Shown here one piece after another: positions 60,496-64,000 of a DNA stretch of 64,000 nucleotides. The notes beneath the pieces are model-generated. The model was not told the origin of the DNA. It did no database searches and worked only from the letters and a program-made list of their open reading frames with translations. The stretch spans positions 1,376,001 to 1,440,000 of the forward strand of contig CAVYQE010000001.1 in NCBI GenBank assembly GCA_963770565.1, given 5' to 3'. Source of the stretch: an uncultured Actinomycetota bacterium. GTDB lineage: Bacteria; Actinomycetota; Actinomycetes; JAFAQI01. Position 1 is the first letter of the stretch; each line of letters opens with the position of its first letter. Position numbers and translations under genes: made by a program.

Positions 60496-61676
60496 GCTAC
60501 GCGCTCGGCGTGATCGCCTTCTCCTTCGCGTTGCTGCTGTCGGTGATGCTGCACGAAGCCGGCCACTTCGCGACCGCGAAGGCCTTCGGCATGAAGGCGT
60601 CCCGGTTCTTCGTGGGTTTCGGGCCCACCCTGTGGTCGTTCAAGCGCGGCGAGACCGAGTACGGCATCAAGGCGATCCCGGCCGGCGGCTTCGTGAAGAT
60701 CGAGGGAATGACGGCGCTGGAGGACATCGATCCGGCCGACGCCGACCGCGCCTTCTATAAGCAGCCGGCCGGCAAGCGCACGATCGTGCTCTGTGCGGGG
60801 TCGTTCGTCCACTTCGTGATCGCGATCCTCCTGGTCTTCGGCATTCTCGCGGCGACCGGACAGGACCCGATCCGTACCGACGGGTTCTCGATCGCCGCGG
60901 TCAGCAACTGCGTCACGTCGGCGCCGAGCGGGGTGTGCAAGCCGGGCGACCGGCGCGCTCCCGCACTCGGGGTGCTGCATGCCGGTGACCGGCTGATCAG
61001 CATCAATGGAGTGCCGATCAACAAATCCGGCGAGAACTTCGTCAACATCCTGCGGGGCAGCCCAGGCAAGGCGGTGTCGATCACGTTCATTCGCGACGGT
61101 GCCCGCCGGACGGTGTCGCTCACCCCGCTGCCGGTCGTGGTCAAGGGCAAGACCCAGGGCCGGATCGGAGTCGCAGAGGAGCAGGACGCGGCGCACGTGA
61201 GCGTCGCCGGGGCGATCCCGCGGACCTTCGGCGTGCTCGGCGACTTCATCACCTCGACCGGGAGCGCCATCGGCGGGCTGCCGCACGAAGTTGCGCAGAT
61301 CGTCGAGGGAAAGCCGCGCGGCCAGAACGGTGCGGCAAGCGTGGTCGACGTCGCCCGGGTCAGCGGGCAGATCAGCGCCTCCGGCGCGTCGGTCGGCGAC
61401 ATCATCGCCTCGCTGCTGCTGCTGGTCGCTGAGCTCAACTTGTTCGTCGGGCTGTTCAACCTGTTGCCGTTGCTGCCGCTGGACGGCGGGCATGTCGGCA
61501 TTCTCGTCTTCGAGCAGGCGCGAACCCGGATCTACAAGGCGATCGGCCGCCGCGATCCCGGCCGCGTGGACATCATGAAGGTGCTGCCCCTGACTTACGC
61601 TGTGGTTGCGGCCTTCGTGGGGCTCTCGTTGATCTTGCTCTACGCCGGGATCGTGAACCCGATTCGCCTGCAGTAG
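60492..61676 (+). CDS. rseP: RseP/Rip1 site-2 intramembrane metalloprotease with PDZ domain
   Basis: [30 protein letters not shown]. Confidence 0.93.
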   Translation: MSYALGVIAFSFALLLSVMLHEAGHFATAKAFGMKASRFFVGFGPTLWSFKRGETEYGIKAIPAGGFVKIEGMTALEDIDPADADRAFYKQPAGKRTIVLCAGSFVHFVIAILLVFGILAATGQDPIRTDGFSIAAVSNCVTSAPSGVCKPGDRRAPALGVLHAGDRLISINGVPINKSGENFVNILRGSPGKAVSITFIRDGARRTVSLTPLPVVVKGKTQGRIGVAEEQDAAHVSVAGAIPRTFGVLGDFITSTGSAIGGLPHEVAQIVEGKPRGQNGAASVVDVARVSGQISASGASVGDIIASLLLLVAELNLFVGLFNLLPLLPLDGGHVGILVFEQARTRIYKAIGRRDPGRVDIMKVLPLTYAVVAAFVGLSLILLYAGIVNPIRLQ

Positions 61677-61693
61677 GAGAAGAAGCACCCGCC

Positions 61694-62851
61694 ATGACCT
61701 CGGTCTCGCTCGGAATGCCGGAGCTGCCGCCCGCCTCGCTCGCCACCCGCCGGGTGGCGCGAGAGATCCACGTCGGCAAGGTTGCCGTAGGTGGCGGCGC
61801 GCCGGTCAGCGTGCAGTCGATGACCACCACGAAGACGACCGACGTCGACGCAACCCTGCAGCAGATCGCCGAGCTGACCGCGTCCGGCTGCCAGATCGTG
61901 CGGGTCGCGGTGCCGAGCCAGGACGACGCGGACGCGCTGCCGGAGATCGCCAAGCACTCGCAGATCCCGGTCATCGCGGACATCCACTTCCAGCCTCGCT
62001 ACATCTTCGCCGCGATCGATGCCGGCTGCGCCGCGGTCCGGGTCAACCCGGGCAACATCAAGGAGTTCGACGGCCGGGTCCGTGACGTCGCGCTGGCCGC
62101 GAAGTCGGCCGGCATCCCGATCCGGATCGGGGTCAACGCCGGCTCGCTCGACAAGCGCTTCCTCGACAAGTACGGCGGCCCGCGGCCCGAGGCACTGGTC
62201 GAGAGCGCGCTGTGGGAGTGCTCGCTGTTCGAGGCGCACGACTTCAGCGACATCAAGATCTCGGTCAAGCACCACGATCCGGTCGTGATGGTGTCGGCGT
62301 ACCGGATGTTGGCGCAGCGGTGCGACTACCCGCTGCACCTCGGCGTCACCGAGGCCGGGCCGCTGTTCCAGGGCACGATCAAGTCGGCGGTCGCGTTCGG
62401 GGCGCTGCTCGCCGAGGGGATCGGCGACACGATCCGGGTGTCGCTGTCCGCGCCGCCGGTCGAGGAGGTCAAGGTCGGTATCGCGATCCTGGAGTCGCTC
62501 GGCCTGCGCGAGCGCCGGCTGGAGATCGTCTCGTGCCCGTCGTGCGGGCGGGCCCAGGTCGACGTCTACACCCTCGCTGAGCAGGTCCAGGCCGGGCTCG
62601 AGGGCATGACCGTGCCGCTCCGGGTCGCCGTCATGGGCTGTGTCGTAAACGGCCCGGGGGAGGCCCGCGAGGCCGACCTCGGGGTCGCATCCGGCAACGG
62701 CAAGGGCCAGATCTTCGTCAAGGGCGAGGTCATCAAGACCGTGCCGGAGTCGCAGATCGTGGAGACGCTGATCGAGGAAGCGCTGCGGATCGCGGAGCAG
62801 ATGGAGTCGGCCGGGCAGGAGAGCGGCGAGCCAAGCGTGTCGGTCGGCTGA
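61694..62851 (+). CDS. ispG: (E)-4-hydroxy-3-methylbut-2-enyl-diphosphate synthase
   Basis: [46 protein letters not shown]. Confidence 0.98.
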   Translation: MTSVSLGMPELPPASLATRRVAREIHVGKVAVGGGAPVSVQSMTTTKTTDVDATLQQIAELTASGCQIVRVAVPSQDDADALPEIAKHSQIPVIADIHFQPRYIFAAIDAGCAAVRVNPGNIKEFDGRVRDVALAAKSAGIPIRIGVNAGSLDKRFLDKYGGPRPEALVESALWECSLFEAHDFSDIKISVKHHDPVVMVSAYRMLAQRCDYPLHLGVTEAGPLFQGTIKSAVAFGALLAEGIGDTIRVSLSAPPVEEVKVGIAILESLGLRERRLEIVSCPSCGRAQVDVYTLAEQVQAGLEGMTVPLRVAVMGCVVNGPGEAREADLGVASGNGKGQIFVKGEVIKTVPESQIVETLIEEALRIAEQMESAGQESGEPSVSVG

Positions 62852-62852
62852 G

Positions 62853-63713
62853 GTGCCTCGCAACGCGACGGCGGTGCAGCGCGGCATCGTCCGTCTGCTC
62901 GACGACCGCGACGTGCCGGCGGTGCTGAGCGTGCTCGGCCGCGACCCGATCGGCAACGTCTTCGTGACCTCCCGGGTCGAGGCGGCCGGTCTCGACCCGT
63001 CGCGGCTCGGTGCGCAGGTGTGGGGCTACGACCGCGGTCGCGAGCTGAGCGCCCTCTGCTACGCCGGCGCCAACCTGATCCCGGTCGGTAACGACACCGA
63101 AGCACTCAGCGCATTCGCGTGGTACGCGGCCAGGCAGGGCCGGCGCTGTTCCTCGATCGTCGGGCCGGCGTCGGCGGTCAGCATCATGTGGGAGGTGCTG
63201 CGGCAGTCCTGGGGGCCGGCCCGGGAGGCGCGGCTGCGCCAGCCGTTGATGGTCACGACCACACCGCCGGCGGTCGACCCGGACACCGCGGTCCGTCCGG
63301 TCCGGCTCGACGAGATCGACGTCCTGCTGCCGGCCAGCATCGCGATGTTCACCGAGGAGGTCGGTGTCTCTCCGATCGTCGGCGATGGCGGCGCGCTATA
63401 CCGGAGCCGGATCCGCGAGCTGATCGTGGCGCGCCGCGCGTTCGCTCGCATCGACGACGGCCGGATCGTGTTCAAGGCCGAGGTCGGCGCGGTCACCCGC
63501 GCGGCCTGCCAGGTGCAGGGCGTCTGGGTCGAGCCTGGGCTGCGCGGACGCGGCCTGTCGGTCACCGGGATGGCTGCGGTCGTGGCGGCCTGCCTTCGTG
63601 ACATCGCGCCCGCAGTCTCGTTGTATGTCAACGACTTCAACGCGCCCGCCCGCCGGTCGTACGAGCGAGTCGGCTTCGCCCAGGTGGGGACCTTCGCCTC
63701 GATAATGTTCTGA
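62853..63713 (+). CDS. GNAT family acetyltransferase (conserved after ispG in actinobacteria)
   Basis: RRCSSIVG, MFTEEVGVSP, QVQGVWV..LRGRG, SLYVNDFN..ARRSYERVGF. Confidence 0.88.
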   Translation: MPRNATAVQRGIVRLLDDRDVPAVLSVLGRDPIGNVFVTSRVEAAGLDPSRLGAQVWGYDRGRELSALCYAGANLIPVGNDTEALSAFAWYAARQGRRCSSIVGPASAVSIMWEVLRQSWGPAREARLRQPLMVTTTPPAVDPDTAVRPVRLDEIDVLLPASIAMFTEEVGVSPIVGDGGALYRSRIRELIVARRAFARIDDGRIVFKAEVGAVTRAACQVQGVWVEPGLRGRGLSVTGMAAVVAACLRDIAPAVSLYVNDFNAPARRSYERVGFAQVGTFASIMF

Positions 63714-63745
63714 CGACCCAATCCGCCCCCCGATAGCCTGGCCCG

Positions 63746-64000
63746 ATGGTCGCCCGGATGTCGTCTCTGTTCGTCCGAACCCTGCGCGACGACCCGGCGG
63801 ACGCCGAACTGCCGAGCCACCGCCTGTTGGTCCGGGCCGGCTACATCCGCCGCGTGTCGCCCGGCGTGTATTCCTGGCTGCCGCTCGGCAAGCAGATCCT
63901 CGACAACATCGCGGGCGTCGTGCGCGAAGAGATGGTGCGGATGGGCGGGCAGGAGGTGCTCTTCCCGGCGCTGATCCCGCGCGAGCTCTACGAGGAGAGC
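63746..64000 (+). CDS. proS: Proline--tRNA ligase, N-terminal part (runs off window)
   Basis: Translated by hand: [48 protein letters not shown]. Confidence 0.95.
   Translation, partial: MVARMSSLFVRTLRDDPADAELPSHRLLVRAGYIRRVSPGVYSWLPLGKQILDNIAGVVREEMVRMGGQEVLFPALIPRELYEES

Noticed and set aside
1-64000. rRNA, tRNA, IS elements, toxin-antitoxin or defence systems
   Set aside because: None recognised by eye; intergenic gaps are short. tRNAscan-SE, Infernal and DefenseFinder would be needed to exclude them formally

Overview
A very GC-rich actinobacterial core-chromosome segment; gene order and content suggest a Frankia/Acidothermus/Streptomyces-like lineage (inference). Most of it is conserved backbone: NlpC/P60-ddl, thiL-thiD, rpmB, recG-rsmD-coaD, yceD-rpmF-rnc-mutM, smc-ftsY-glnD-ffh, rpsP-khpA-rimM-trmD-rplS-lepB x2-rnhB, yraN-comM-dprA-xerC-whiG, rpsB-tsf-pyrH-frr-cdsA-rlmN, and dxr-rseP-ispG-proS. 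Between rlmN/ppgK and dxr lies a ~17.5 kb polyamine/GABA utilisation island. It holds a class-III aminotransferase, an Lrp regulator, an aminobutyraldehyde dehydrogenase, a PotABCD-type transporter, two FAD amine oxidases, a ureohydrolase, an APC permease, a saccharopine-dehydrogenase-fold enzyme and gabT. The most unusual element is a GT1 glycosyltransferase in that operon that lacks the usual catalytic His, a candidate amine N-glycosylation step. Also visible in the sequence: 31-bp-phased shared operator sites in both divergent promoter regions of the island, a tandem GlnR-like box before a glnD that lacks its usual amtB-glnK partners, and a repeated GTCCACA(G/A)CC motif upstream of the yraN-comM-dprA operon and an M23 peptidase. 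Further items are a degenerate G1-peptidase-fold secreted protein, many probable leaderless genes, and four +1 frameshifts that are most likely assembly errors. No rRNA, tRNA, CRISPR, IS or prophage was recognised.
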